Below are positions 30,603 to 40,337 of a stretch of DNA of 64,000 nucleotides, piece after piece. This DNA is from an uncultured Acidobacteriota bacterium (lineage in GTDB: Bacteria > Acidobacteriota > UBA6911 > RPQK01 > JAPXNP01). The translations under genes were made by a program, and so were the position numbers. Within the stretch, counting starts at the first letter, position 1, and every line of letters starts with the position of its first letter. The DNA lies in NCBI GenBank assembly GCA_963777605.1, contig CAVZRV010000008.1:32001-96000 (forward strand), in the 5' to 3' direction. Below the pieces are notes generated by a model that was given only the letters and a program-made list of their open reading frames with translations, was not told where the DNA came from and did no database searches.

Positions 30603-32801
30603 ATGCTTCCGATCATGAAACGTCTTCACGCATCGAGATTTGGTGTGCGGAGTCTCGTTCCCAGCCTCTTCCTCCTTATGCTGGTGCTGACGAACTTCTC
30701 CTGTAAGGTGTCTCCGGTTCCGGACAACAAAGGAAAACCGCTCTATTCCTTTGAATCAGCCGCCGAGGTCGAGGCGGTCGAAGCGCGGAACTGCACGATC
30801 GCGGCGGTCGCGGAGCACGCTACGGACGGGAGCAGTGCCATCCGGGTGTTGACTGAAGGGGGCGATAAACCGGAAATCGAGTTCGTGCCGGCGCAAGGGA
30901 GTTGGAACTGGACCGGATTCGACCGGCTGGCGGTGGACGTATTCAATCCGACCGGTGATGAAGTAGGCCTCCGGATCCGCCTTGATGACGACCCGGCGGC
31001 AACTGAAGCGGTCCACAGCGTGAGTGGTGGAACAACCATTTCACCCGGCCGCTCGGTCAGCGTCTACCTCCCGTTCGGCAGCAACGGTTCCACCGAAAAG
31101 GGGATGCGGGGGGCACCGTCGATTCCCGGTGTGGAGCCGCTGACTTACCTGTCCATGGAGCGCCTGGTTGACGAGTCGCACCTGGTTCGCCTGGCTATTT
31201 CGGGGTTCGGCGGTGAAGCACCGCGGGAGCTGATTCTGGACAACATCCGGCTCCTTCCTCCTGGCAACTATGAAGGAATCATTGATCCTTTCGGGCAGTA
31301 CACGGGATTGGACTGGCCCGGCAAGGTTAAGGAGGTTTCCGATCTCGAACGGGCGCTTGACGCGGAAGCGGCCCAGATTCAGGCGGCGCCGACACTGCCC
31401 GACCGCGACGAGTATGGCGGCTGGACAGGTGGTCCACAGGAACAGGCAACCGGCTTCTTTCGCACCGTGGAACGCGACGGGAAGTGGTGGTTGGTGACCC
31501 CGTCGGGGCATCTCTTTCTTTCGCTGGGGGTCGATGTCCTGCTTCTCAGTGACGGTCCCACTTTGCTTGAGGGCAGGGAGCGAATGTTCACAGCCCTTCC
31601 CGCTGAAGGGGACCCATTGGCTCGCCATTTCGGGTCGGTGGACCGGGTCCTGTATGGCCCGATCAAGCACGGCCGAACCTTCAACTTCTACACCTCCAAC
31701 CTCGAACGCAAGTACGGACGCGACTATGTGGACCGCTGGCGCTCCGTGTCGCTCGACCGGTTGCAGGCATGGGGGTTCAACACGATTGCCAACTGGTCTG
31801 ACCCTGCCCTCTATGCCCTTTCCCGGGTCCCCTACACGGCGACAATCGATCTCCGCGGCGATTACGCGCGCGTGGCCAGCGGCCAGGACTATTGGGGCAA
31901 GATGCACGATCCGTTCGATCCCAAGTTTGCAGCCGCGGTTGATCAGAGCGTTCGCGAGACGGTGGGGCGCTACCGGAATGATCCCTGGTGCATCGGATAC
32001 TTCATAGATAACGAGATTTCCTGGGGATCGGCCGGTACCGACCGCCAGCATTTCGGACTGGTCTATGGAACCCTCGCCGGCGATGCCAGCTCTCCCGCGA
32101 AGCAGGCCTTCGTCTCGCAATTGAAACAGCACTACCGAACCGCTGAGCGGCTCGCCGAGTCCTGGGGGATTCCGGTTTCGTCGTGGGATGCGCTCCTCGC
32201 CCAACCACTCGCCGTCGAGGGCCCCCTCGAAGGCCGGATGCGGGAGGATTTCAGGGAGTTTCTGTCAGCGTTTTCCTCCCAGTACTTTCGAGTGGTCCGG
32301 GATGCCCAGAGGCGCCACGATCCCAACCATCTGTACCTGGGATGCCGGTTCGCGTTCCGCACTCCTGAAGCGGTCGCCGCCGCCGGTGAGTACTGTGACG
32401 TCGTCAGCTTCAACATCTATCGGTCACACGTCGATCCCGGGGAGTGGGGTTTCGTGGACGCGCTTCACAAGCCCTGCATCATCGGGGAGTTTCACTTCGG
32501 CGCCGTCGACCGGGGTATGTTCCACACCGGACTGGTGTCAACTCCGAACCAGACCGCCCGGGCTGAAATGTACCGGGACTACATCCACAGCGTCGTAGAC
32601 AACCCCTCATTTGTGGGATGTGCCTGGTTTCAATACTTCGATGAGCCGGTCACAGGGCGAACCTACGACGGAGAGAACTACAACATCGGGTTGGTGGACG
32701 TGACGGATACGCCTTACCCCGAGATGATCGCCGCCGCGAAGGAGGTCCACGCCGAGGCATACCCCCGGAGATTTGGTTCCGGTGAGACGCCCGCGAAGTA
32801 G
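30603..32801 (+). CDS. Glycoside hydrolase family 50 (beta-agarase-like) with N-terminal CBM-like domain
   Basis: GFFRT..DGKWWLVTP.G, WGFNTIANWSD, FIDNEISWG, PNHLYLGCRF, IIGEFHFG, WFQYFDEP.TGR.YDGENYNIG. Confidence 0.9.
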   Translation: MLPIMKRLHASRFGVRSLVPSLFLLMLVLTNFSCKVSPVPDNKGKPLYSFESAAEVEAVEARNCTIAAVAEHATDGSSAIRVLTEGGDKPEIEFVPAQGSWNWTGFDRLAVDVFNPTGDEVGLRIRLDDDPAATEAVHSVSGGTTISPGRSVSVYLPFGSNGSTEKGMRGAPSIPGVEPLTYLSMERLVDESHLVRLAISGFGGEAPRELILDNIRLLPPGNYEGIIDPFGQYTGLDWPGKVKEVSDLERALDAEAAQIQAAPTLPDRDEYGGWTGGPQEQATGFFRTVERDGKWWLVTPSGHLFLSLGVDVLLLSDGPTLLEGRERMFTALPAEGDPLARHFGSVDRVLYGPIKHGRTFNFYTSNLERKYGRDYVDRWRSVSLDRLQAWGFNTIANWSDPALYALSRVPYTATIDLRGDYARVASGQDYWGKMHDPFDPKFAAAVDQSVRETVGRYRNDPWCIGYFIDNEISWGSAGTDRQHFGLVYGTLAGDASSPAKQAFVSQLKQHYRTAERLAESWGIPVSSWDALLAQPLAVEGPLEGRMREDFREFLSAFSSQYFRVVRDAQRRHDPNHLYLGCRFAFRTPEAVAAAGEYCDVVSFNIYRSHVDPGEWGFVDALHKPCIIGEFHFGAVDRGMFHTGLVSTPNQTARAEMYRDYIHSVVDNPSFVGCAWFQYFDEPVTGRTYDGENYNIGLVDVTDTPYPEMIAAAKEVHAEAYPRRFGSGETPAK

Positions 32802-32810
32802 TGGCCGAGC

Positions 32811-33803
32811 TTAGTTGTCCCCGTCGATGAGATCTCCCAGGCCACCCAGGATTGACCCTTCTCCGACCCGTTTACCGCCGCCCTGGGGGGCCGCTTGCAG
32901 CATCCGACCGGCCATGCGGGAGAACGGAAGGGACTGCAGCCAGACCTTCCCGGGGCCGACAATGCGGGCAAAGAAGAGGCCCTCACCGCCGAACAGGGCC
33001 GACTTGATGCCACCGACCTGCTGAATGTCAAAGGTCACCCCGTTCTGGAGAGCCACGACGCAGCCGGTGTCAACATGGAATTCCTCGCCCGGAGCGAGAT
33101 CCCGTTCCACCACGGTGCCTCCGGCGTGGACGAATACCCATCCATCGCCCGTCAGCCTCTCCATGATGAAGCCTTCCCCGCCGAACAACCCGGTCAGGAT
33201 CCTTTTCTGCAGGTAAATCCCGATCTGGACGCCCTTGGCGGCGCAGAGGAATGAGTCCTTCTGGCAAATGATCTCTCCGCCGATGGTGGCGAGGTTCACG
33301 GGGATGATGGTTCCGGGATAGGGGGCGCCGAACGCGACATGAGCCTTTCCCGCACCCCGCTGAGTAAAAACGGTGATGAAGAGACTCTCGCCCGTCAGCA
33401 GCCGCTTGCCGGCGCCCATGAGCTTGTCCATGAAACCGCCACCGGAACCGCTCGACGAACCATCTCCGAAGATGGTCTCCAGCTGGACGGTAGAATCCTT
33501 GTACATCATGGCACCGGCTTCAGCGATCGCGCTCTCACCCGGATCAAGCTCGATTTCGACGAACTGCATCTCGTGTCCGATGATCTTGTAATCAATCTCA
33601 TGTGCGCGCCCCGAAACTGGTGGAGGAGGAGCCGCTACCGAAGCAGAAGGAGTGAGTTCAGCCACCTTGGTAATAGGAAGCCATTCGGCAAAGCCTTCCC
33701 GCCAGGCAAATCCATTCGAATTCTGACGGGCGCGCTGAATTGCCTCATCTTTGGTTAAGGGTCCAACCTGCTGACCACCGTAGCTTAAGAACCATTCAGG
33801 CAT
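32811..33803 (-). CDS. TIGR00266/AIM24 family protein with N-terminal GYF_2 domain
   Basis: W...GQQVGP...AWREGFAEW; MQFVEIELDP.E..IAEAG.M, CQKDSFLCAA, GGEGF, LQSLPFSR. Confidence 0.9.
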   Translation of the reverse strand: MPEWFLSYGGQQVGPLTKDEAIQRARQNSNGFAWREGFAEWLPITKVAELTPSASVAAPPPPVSGRAHEIDYKIIGHEMQFVEIELDPGESAIAEAGAMMYKDSTVQLETIFGDGSSSGSGGGFMDKLMGAGKRLLTGESLFITVFTQRGAGKAHVAFGAPYPGTIIPVNLATIGGEIICQKDSFLCAAKGVQIGIYLQKRILTGLFGGEGFIMERLTGDGWVFVHAGGTVVERDLAPGEEFHVDTGCVVALQNGVTFDIQQVGGIKSALFGGEGLFFARIVGPGKVWLQSLPFSRMAGRMLQAAPQGGGKRVGEGSILGGLGDLIDGDN

Positions 33804-33824
33804 TGTGATGATCTCCTCAGAGTT

Positions 33825-34520
33825 TCAGACAGCTTCGATTCCCAACTGTCTATGCACTTGTTCTGCCGTCCGCTCGTCAATGCCGAGCTGGAGGCTTAAG
33901 TAGTTGATGTAATCTCGTTCAGAGGGGGTGTCGACCTCGATGGCGAGGAGAGATACCGCATAGGCCTGCTCATTGAGATTCGCCGACCGGATCGCCGGTA
34001 TCAGTGACTCGATGTCCGGGGGTTCGGCAAGTTCCCGTTCGATAAAATTTCGATCATCGTCGCCGAGGCCGCCTTCCAGAAGACGCCCCATGATGGCCTT
34101 TCGCTCCGCCTTGTCAATCAAGCCGTCGGCATTGGCGGCAGCGATCATGGCCCGGATCAACAGTACGGCGTGCTGGCGTGTCTCCTCCACGTTCGCGGAT
34201 GCCGGAGCGGGTGTGGCCGGACCGGGAGGAGGCGGCGGAGGCGTCGCCCGTCGGACTCCAGTCGGAGCCGAAGTTGCCGGCGCCTGGGGCGGAGGAGTCA
34301 AACCGGAGGACATTCCCTGGACGGGTTGAGCCTTCTTCTCCGTGAAATGATCGAATGCGGCGATGGCGACACCGATCAGGCCCAGCCCCGCCGCCCCTTT
34401 GATCCCCGGGGTCAGCAGGCTGCCCAGACCGCTGGAACGCCGCCTGGACCTTCTCGACCGACCAGTCGATCCGATGCCCTGCCGGATTAATGCACCAAGG
34501 ATTCTCTCAGGATCTAACAT
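33825..34520 (-). CDS. DUF533 / TerB-like (YebE-like) protein with poly-Pro linker
   Basis: LLIRAMIAAANADG.ID..ER, Y..SLLAIEVDT..ER.Y. Confidence 0.88.
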   Translation of the reverse strand: MLDPERILGALIRQGIGSTGRSRRSRRRSSGLGSLLTPGIKGAAGLGLIGVAIAAFDHFTEKKAQPVQGMSSGLTPPPQAPATSAPTGVRRATPPPPPPGPATPAPASANVEETRQHAVLLIRAMIAAANADGLIDKAERKAIMGRLLEGGLGDDDRNFIERELAEPPDIESLIPAIRSANLNEQAYAVSLLAIEVDTPSERDYINYLSLQLGIDERTAEQVHRQLGIEAV

Positions 34521-34719
34521 CGTCTCCCCCTGTTCGGCAGCTGGCTCAACCTATACGCATGGCAGGCCCGTCTATTCATGATAATCCATCGATCTCAGTC
34601 GGGAATGGCGATTCCCAAGCAGCCGGCGCGATTCGGGGCGGAGGCCGATCTCGATCGTCGCAGCTCCGGGAAAGAGCCCGGTCAGCCGGCGTAATCAACG
34701 GCTTCGACCCTTACCGGGA

Positions 34720-35775
34720 TCACTGCCACCGCGGACCCCACCGGACCAGGCCGGGGGTGGTCAGGCGAACACGACACAAGGCGTCGTCGGCAGTGATGTA
34801 AAGACTCGAACCATCGTCACCCCATCCGCAGTTGGCCGTTGCGACTCCCGTCTTGAATTGAGCCAGCCGCTTCCCCAGAGGAGTGATGACATGGATTCCA
34901 CCGGGCCCGGTGGTGAAAACGTTTCCCTTCATGTCAACCTTGAGCCCGTCGGGAAGCCCGGGCTGGTCACGCGCCCACGGACTGAAGTCGAAGAAGACTT
35001 CTCCATCGCCCAGTGTGCCGTCCGATTGAATCGGGAACCGCATGACGACCGGCTTTTCGGGATCTGACACGGCCACATAGAGGAGTGACTCATCGGGCGA
35101 CAGAGCAATGCCGTTGGGAAAAGTGAGGTCTCTGCTCAACAGCACCAGTTCTCCGCCGGGCGAAACCCGAAACACCCCGTTGAAGTCCAATTCCTTTTCG
35201 GGGCTGTCGTTGAGCCCCCCCAGGCCATAAGGAGGATCGGTGAAGTAAATCGCACCGGATGAATCGACGACCAGATCATTGGGGCTGTTAAAACGCTTGC
35301 CCTCGAAGTGGTCGACAACCGTTGTAAAGCGGTGATCCGGCTCGAGACGAGCAATCCGCCGGTCGCCATGCTGGCAGAGCAAGAGGCGTCCCTCCAGGTC
35401 CAGCGCCAGGCCGTTCGAACCCGGTTCCCGCTCGCGCTGCCCCGGACCGGTATAGCCGGACGGTCGGAGAAATTCGGTGACCCCTTCCCCCGGTTTCCAG
35501 CGGTAAACGACGTTCTGGGGAACATCGGAAAACAGCAGCGCTTCGTCGGAAGGGACCCAGACCGGCCCCTCCGACCAGTCAAACCCGTCGGCAAGCTTCT
35601 CAATGACAGCGTCGGGAGGCAACAGTTCATCGATGGCAGGGTCCAGGCGCTCAATCGTTCCCAGGACGGGGACCGCCTTCGAGGCCGAATCTCCCGTGCC
35701 GGTCTTGACGGAACAGCCCGCAGCCGAAAGCAGGAGAACACAACCAATTAGCTCAAGTCGACGTGATCTTCTCAC
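34720..35775 (-). CDS. SMP-30/gluconolactonase family lipoprotein
   Basis: Lipobox AAGC; WSEGPVW, GSNGL, FNSPND, FTDPPYG, PNGIALSPD, PDGL; GTG start 35775 with GAGG RBS. Confidence 0.92.
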   Translation of the reverse strand: MRRSRRLELIGCVLLLSAAGCSVKTGTGDSASKAVPVLGTIERLDPAIDELLPPDAVIEKLADGFDWSEGPVWVPSDEALLFSDVPQNVVYRWKPGEGVTEFLRPSGYTGPGQREREPGSNGLALDLEGRLLLCQHGDRRIARLEPDHRFTTVVDHFEGKRFNSPNDLVVDSSGAIYFTDPPYGLGGLNDSPEKELDFNGVFRVSPGGELVLLSRDLTFPNGIALSPDESLLYVAVSDPEKPVVMRFPIQSDGTLGDGEVFFDFSPWARDQPGLPDGLKVDMKGNVFTTGPGGIHVITPLGKRLAQFKTGVATANCGWGDDGSSLYITADDALCRVRLTTPGLVRWGPRWQ

Positions 35776-35783
35776 CGATCCCT

Positions 35784-37121
35784 CTAGATTTCCGGGAGTT
35801 TCCAGGGCGCCCGATAAGCACGGCCGACGTAATTCGCAGCTTCGGGGTGCCCGGTGATCTTCTCGGTCACCGGATCCCAACGAACCTGGGTGCGCAACCG
35901 GGCTGCGATATTCCCCAAGTGGCAGGCGATTACCGACTTGTGTCCGATTTCGACGTCGGCGGTCGGTCGCTGCCTCGTCCTGAGACAATCCAGGAAGTTC
36001 TTGACGTGTTCGAAATGATAGTCGCCGGAACCGCCACGCCTCGGCATTCCTTCCATTCGATAAACCCGCGGCTTCCCGTCAGAGTCAGTCTCCGAGTGAA
36101 CTTCCCAGCCCCCACGATCGACCACGAGGATGCCGTTTTGCCCGTGGAACTCGACCCCGTGTTCACGCTGCCAGGGCCCAACACCACAACCGAGCATGTG
36201 TTCCCAGGTCAGGGAGAAACTGGGAAACTCGACAATCGACTGTTGAGTGTCGGGCGTTTCCATGATGTCGTCCGGATAGGCGTACTTGCCGCCCATGGCC
36301 ATGGCGCCAACCGGGTCTTCCTTCATCGCCCACATCGCCACATCGACCATGTGTGCACCCCAGTCGGTCATCAAACCACCCGAGTAATCCCAGAACCAGC
36401 GAAATGTGAAGTGGAAACGAGCCGGGTTGAAAGGGCGTTTCCTGGCGGGCCCAAGCCACATGTCATAGTCCACCGTCGCCGGAGGAGTTCCGTCGGGAGG
36501 GTTGCCCAGGCCCCCTTTCCAGTCAATGTAAGCCCACGCCCGGACCTGGCGGATCTTTCCGAGTCTGCCCGACTGGACGTAAGCCACGGCATCTCCGAAA
36601 TGCTGCGAACTCCGCTGCTGGGTTCCGATCTGGACGACCCGATTGTACTTCCGTGCCGCCGAGACCATCCGGCGCCCCTCCTCAATCGAGGTTGCCAGCG
36701 GCTTCTCACAGTAGACGTCTTTCCCGGACTGACAGGCCATGATGGTTGGCAGCGCGTGCCAGTGGTCGGGAGTGGCGACGATGACCGCGTCAATGTCTTT
36801 CCGGTCCAGGATTTTCCGGAAATCCTGAACGGTGTCCGGGCGAGACCCCCGCATTTCCTCGACGAGTTTCACGCCCTCGGCTGACTGGGCCGTGTCTACG
36901 TCGGCAATCGCCAGGCACTCGACCTCGGGGTTGCGGAGAAAATCGCGCAGATCTCCCCGTCCCATCCCCCCGGAGCCAATCAGCGCGACGTGAATCTTGT
37001 CGTTCGCGCTGCCCAGGGAGGTAGTTGCGGCCGAACCGGTTGACACGACGCCGAGGCCGGCAGCCACAGCAGAAGCCTTTGCCGATCTGTCCAGAAAATT
37101 GCGTCGAGTGATGTTTTCCAT
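35784..37121 (-). CDS. Gfo/Idh/MocA oxidoreductase with Tat signal
   Basis: TRRNFL; IGSGGMG, ATPDHWH, DVYCEKP, QIGTQQRS, DWGAH..D. Confidence 0.93.
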   Translation of the reverse strand: MENITRRNFLDRSAKASAVAAGLGVVSTGSAATTSLGSANDKIHVALIGSGGMGRGDLRDFLRNPEVECLAIADVDTAQSAEGVKLVEEMRGSRPDTVQDFRKILDRKDIDAVIVATPDHWHALPTIMACQSGKDVYCEKPLATSIEEGRRMVSAARKYNRVVQIGTQQRSSQHFGDAVAYVQSGRLGKIRQVRAWAYIDWKGGLGNPPDGTPPATVDYDMWLGPARKRPFNPARFHFTFRWFWDYSGGLMTDWGAHMVDVAMWAMKEDPVGAMAMGGKYAYPDDIMETPDTQQSIVEFPSFSLTWEHMLGCGVGPWQREHGVEFHGQNGILVVDRGGWEVHSETDSDGKPRVYRMEGMPRRGGSGDYHFEHVKNFLDCLRTRQRPTADVEIGHKSVIACHLGNIAARLRTQVRWDPVTEKITGHPEAANYVGRAYRAPWKLPEI

Positions 37122-37272
37122 ATCAGCGAGAATCCTCCGTTTTGATCGACCCGGGCGGGCCAAGAGCATTTTCGATTATCCTCAATGGAATGGCAACCCT
37201 TTAATCCGGGCGGCTTGCGGGGCAGCCTATTTGACACCGGAACGGGCGAGGACGGACAATCTGGCTTACCAA

Positions 37273-37689
37273 ATGGCGAAGGTAACGATCTGCAGGAAAG
37301 TTTCATTCAGCAGCGGACACCGGTACTTCATTCCGGACCATGGAGAAGAGGCAAATCGGGAAATATACGGTTCCCGGTTCTCGAGTGCCGGCTTCGGACA
37401 CAATTTCATCCTCCAGGTATACCTCGAAGGGGAAGTTGACCCGCTGACCGGGATGGTGGTCAACCTGAAGGATGTCGATGCGCTGGTCAAGAAAGTCGTA
37501 GAACCGCTCGACCATCATTATCTCAACGCCGACATACCCTACTTCCAGGAAGTAGTCCCGACCGCGGAGAACATCACGCTTTACTGTTTCCGGCAGATCC
37601 GGAAACGGCTGGAGTCTGATTCGGTGCGGCTGAAACAGGTCCGGCTGTACGAGGGTGACGATCTCTGGGTCGATTGTAGAGAGGACTGA
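37273..37689 (+). CDS. QueD/PTPS (T-fold) family protein, degenerate Zn/Cys site
   Basis: FSSGH, FGHNF, DP.TGMVVNL, LDH, PTAEN, LYE; lacks the catalytic Cys and the first His of HGH. Confidence 0.88.
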   Translation: MAKVTICRKVSFSSGHRYFIPDHGEEANREIYGSRFSSAGFGHNFILQVYLEGEVDPLTGMVVNLKDVDALVKKVVEPLDHHYLNADIPYFQEVVPTAENITLYCFRQIRKRLESDSVRLKQVRLYEGDDLWVDCRED

Positions 37690-37697
37690 TTCCGCTC

Positions 37698-38093
37698 ATG
37701 GGTGAACACGTCTCCGTCACGCGTCGATACCGGCTTCCTGCTCTCCACACTCTTTCCGGGGCGGGATTGTCGGCCACCGAGAACGAATCCGTTTTCGGCG
37801 CCTGCAGCCGGTTGCACGGTCACGAATACCTGGTGGACGTTACCCTGGAAGGTCCGGTCGAGGGCGTGTCCGGGGTCGTCTTCAGCGTGGATGAACTCGA
37901 TCGCCTGGTTTCTCTGCGGATTCTCGAACCGTTCAGAGGAGCCAACCTCAGTGATCACTTCGCGCACACCACGGGTGAAGCGCTCGCCCTCGACTTCTAT
38001 CGCATCCTCGAATCGGAGTTCCCTTCGACCGTACGGTTGCTTGCGGTGACTGTACACGAGACGTCGAAGAACTCGTTTACCGCCCGCGCGTAA
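37698..38093 (+). CDS. QueD/PTPS family protein with intact CxxxHGH but no Asp-His dyad
   Basis: ALH, CSRLHGHEY, TTGE, VHET; FRG in place of LDH. Confidence 0.85.
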   Translation: MGEHVSVTRRYRLPALHTLSGAGLSATENESVFGACSRLHGHEYLVDVTLEGPVEGVSGVVFSVDELDRLVSLRILEPFRGANLSDHFAHTTGEALALDFYRILESEFPSTVRLLAVTVHETSKNSFTARA

Positions 38094-38203
38094 GCAAAGG
38101 ACTTTCCCGCTGGTCTGGGGATCGCCGCGGCCCGACCCCGGTATCAGGGCGAACCAGGTCGGGATCACGCCGGCCACGCACTCAGATTCGGCAGGAGTTG
38201 TCT

Positions 38204-39541
38204 CTAGGCGACTGTGGACTCCGCCCAGTGATGATCCTCCCGCTCGAAAAAGAACTTGGTCTTCCCAAATGCGGGCTGCAGGTCATCGAGCCAGTAGGCC
38301 TTCGGGTTGAAATCGGCAAAGAACGGACGTCCCACCCAGGCCGGATCTCTCGCCTGCAGGAACTGGAGCACAAAGACCTTGTCCATGCCGACCTGCGCGG
38401 TACCGAGAATCTGAACCTTGCCCGCGAAGGCTGACATCGATGGCCCTCGAACCGTTCTCGCCAGGCCCGAAACCTTCTGGATCGCATCGCGGTAGATCCG
38501 GTGGGCTCGTTGCAGGGGAAGCTGAAAGTACTCTTTCGGCCCGGTGTCCCGCTCGACGAACATGTAGTACGGCACCATTCCCAGTCGAACGGAATTGCGC
38601 CACATCTTCTCCCAGACGACGGGGTCGTCGTTGACGTGCTGAATCAACGGGGCTTGGACCCGAATTTCGGCGCCAGTATTGCGGATGCGCCGGATGGCCT
38701 TCTTCACCTGAGGGGGCTCGAGCTCTTTAAAGTGACTGAAATGGCCCATCAAAGCGAGGTGACGGTTGGTCGCCACGATCTCTTCGAAAAGTCGCAGGAG
38801 GTCCTCCGCATCCGCATCCGAGACGAACCGATCGGGCCAGTAGGAAAGCGACTTGGTGCCGATCCGGATCGACTGCAGGTTGGGGAGATTGGCATCCAGG
38901 ACCGGTTCGAGGAATCGTCGGAGCACTTGACTGCGCATGATCATTGGATCGCCGCCGGTCAAAAGCAGGTCGGTCACTTCCGGGTGGGACTTGAGGTAGG
39001 CGACCAACTCAGAAGCGTCCTTGGCCTGGAACTTGAGGCCGGGCATCTTCATGAACTGAGGCCAGCGGAAGCAGTACGTACAGAAAGCGTGACAGGTCTG
39101 TCCCTGGGCCGGGAAGAAGAGGACCGTCTCGCGATACTTGTGCTGAATTCCCTCGAGTCGTCGTCCCTGCACGACCGGAACGTTGTGGGTGAACTGGCCC
39201 GCGGGATGAGGATTGAGCCGCTTCTGAATCTCGCGGGCGACCGGGCCGGTTGCTGGCGTGGCCTGCCCGTCCACCAACGTCTCCCGAACCGATTCGTAAT
39301 CGTCCTCGGAGAGCATTTCGGGGTGGGGGAACACGAGACGAAAGATGGGATCGTCCGGGATGTTTGACCAATCGATCAAGTTCCTCGTGACGTAGGTGTT
39401 GGTCCGAAATGGGAGCACCTGGCCGACCACCGTTAACCCTTCCTGCAGTTGAGACGACAGCCAGTTCCATTCCGGAAAACGTCGGATGTTTGAGAGTGTC
39501 AACGCCTGATAGGCATTCTCCCTTTTGAACAAAGCTTCCAT
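38204..39541 (-). CDS. KamA-family radical SAM enzyme (lysine 2,3-aminomutase-like)
   Basis: QHKYRETVL, CHAFCTYCFR, LLTGGDP, RIGTK, PYYMF; start set to ATG 39541. Confidence 0.9.
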   Translation of the reverse strand: MEALFKRENAYQALTLSNIRRFPEWNWLSSQLQEGLTVVGQVLPFRTNTYVTRNLIDWSNIPDDPIFRLVFPHPEMLSEDDYESVRETLVDGQATPATGPVAREIQKRLNPHPAGQFTHNVPVVQGRRLEGIQHKYRETVLFFPAQGQTCHAFCTYCFRWPQFMKMPGLKFQAKDASELVAYLKSHPEVTDLLLTGGDPMIMRSQVLRRFLEPVLDANLPNLQSIRIGTKSLSYWPDRFVSDADAEDLLRLFEEIVATNRHLALMGHFSHFKELEPPQVKKAIRRIRNTGAEIRVQAPLIQHVNDDPVVWEKMWRNSVRLGMVPYYMFVERDTGPKEYFQLPLQRAHRIYRDAIQKVSGLARTVRGPSMSAFAGKVQILGTAQVGMDKVFVLQFLQARDPAWVGRPFFADFNPKAYWLDDLQPAFGKTKFFFEREDHHWAESTVA

Positions 39542-39845
39542 TTCGGGTTTCCTTCTTCCGGGCAAACTGGTCCGCGCAGACTCATCTGGAGCGTTCGCAG
39601 TCGCATGAGCGTTTAACCCTGATTGAAGCTGCCAGAATTGCGCCATTCAACCGGTGTTAGACCCGGAGAAGGCATGAATGGCTCGTCTGAGCGGTGGGTG
39701 CCTCGTCGAAGCTACCCGTCGACAGCAACATTCACAGGAACGATTTCTTACTTTTTCTTTTTACCACAGGGGCGGCGGTTTCGGCCACAGAAAATGCTCG
39801 GTCGAGGGCCTCCCTTAGCTGCTGAGCGTCCCGTTTGGCTCTGAT

Positions 39846-40316
39846 ATGATTGCCGGAATGAAGCAATCCTGGCTGGTAAAAAGCGAGCCCTCGGTATACT
39901 CGATCGATGATCTCGAACGGGAAGATCGAACCTACTGGGACGGAATCCGAAATTACCAGGCCCGGAACCTGATGCGGGATGGAATGAAGCAGGGAGACTT
40001 GGTCCTCTTCTACCACAGCAACGCGGACCCAACCGGGGTCGTGGGGGTTGCAGTAGTGGACAAGGAGGCCTATCCGGATTTTACTTCCTGGGATCCCTCC
40101 AGTTCCTACTTCGATGAGAAATCGACCCCTGAGCAGCCGCGCTGGCTGATGGTTGACATTGCCTTCCGTGAAAAGTTCGACCGCATCGTCTCGTTGGAAG
40201 AAATCAAACAGGAACCGGCCCTGCAGGACATGGTCCTGGTGAAGAACAGTCGCCTTTCGGTACAACCGGTCAAGCCGGAGGAGTTCCGGCTGATCTGCGA
40301 AATGTCGCGTCGTTAG
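39846..40316 (+). CDS. EVE domain protein
   Basis: WLVKSEP, WDGIRNYQARN, FYHS, RLSVQPV; alternative ATG at 39858. Confidence 0.95.
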   Translation: MIAGMKQSWLVKSEPSVYSIDDLEREDRTYWDGIRNYQARNLMRDGMKQGDLVLFYHSNADPTGVVGVAVVDKEAYPDFTSWDPSSSYFDEKSTPEQPRWLMVDIAFREKFDRIVSLEEIKQEPALQDMVLVKNSRLSVQPVKPEEFRLICEMSRR

Positions 40317-40337
40317 TCCGAGCATCGGAGGAGAATC

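Noticed and set aside
39805-39845. c-di-GMP-I riboswitch-like words (GCCAAAC/GGGACGC/CTAAGG) on the minus strand
   Set aside because: The GNRA-capped stem between the motifs is absent and the spacing is incompatible.
37273-40316. QueD x2 + radical SAM + EVE as a 7-deazaguanine DNA-modification system
   Set aside because: The radical SAM enzyme is KamA-like, not QueE; there is no dpdA/tgt, queC or folE; the genes are in different orientations.
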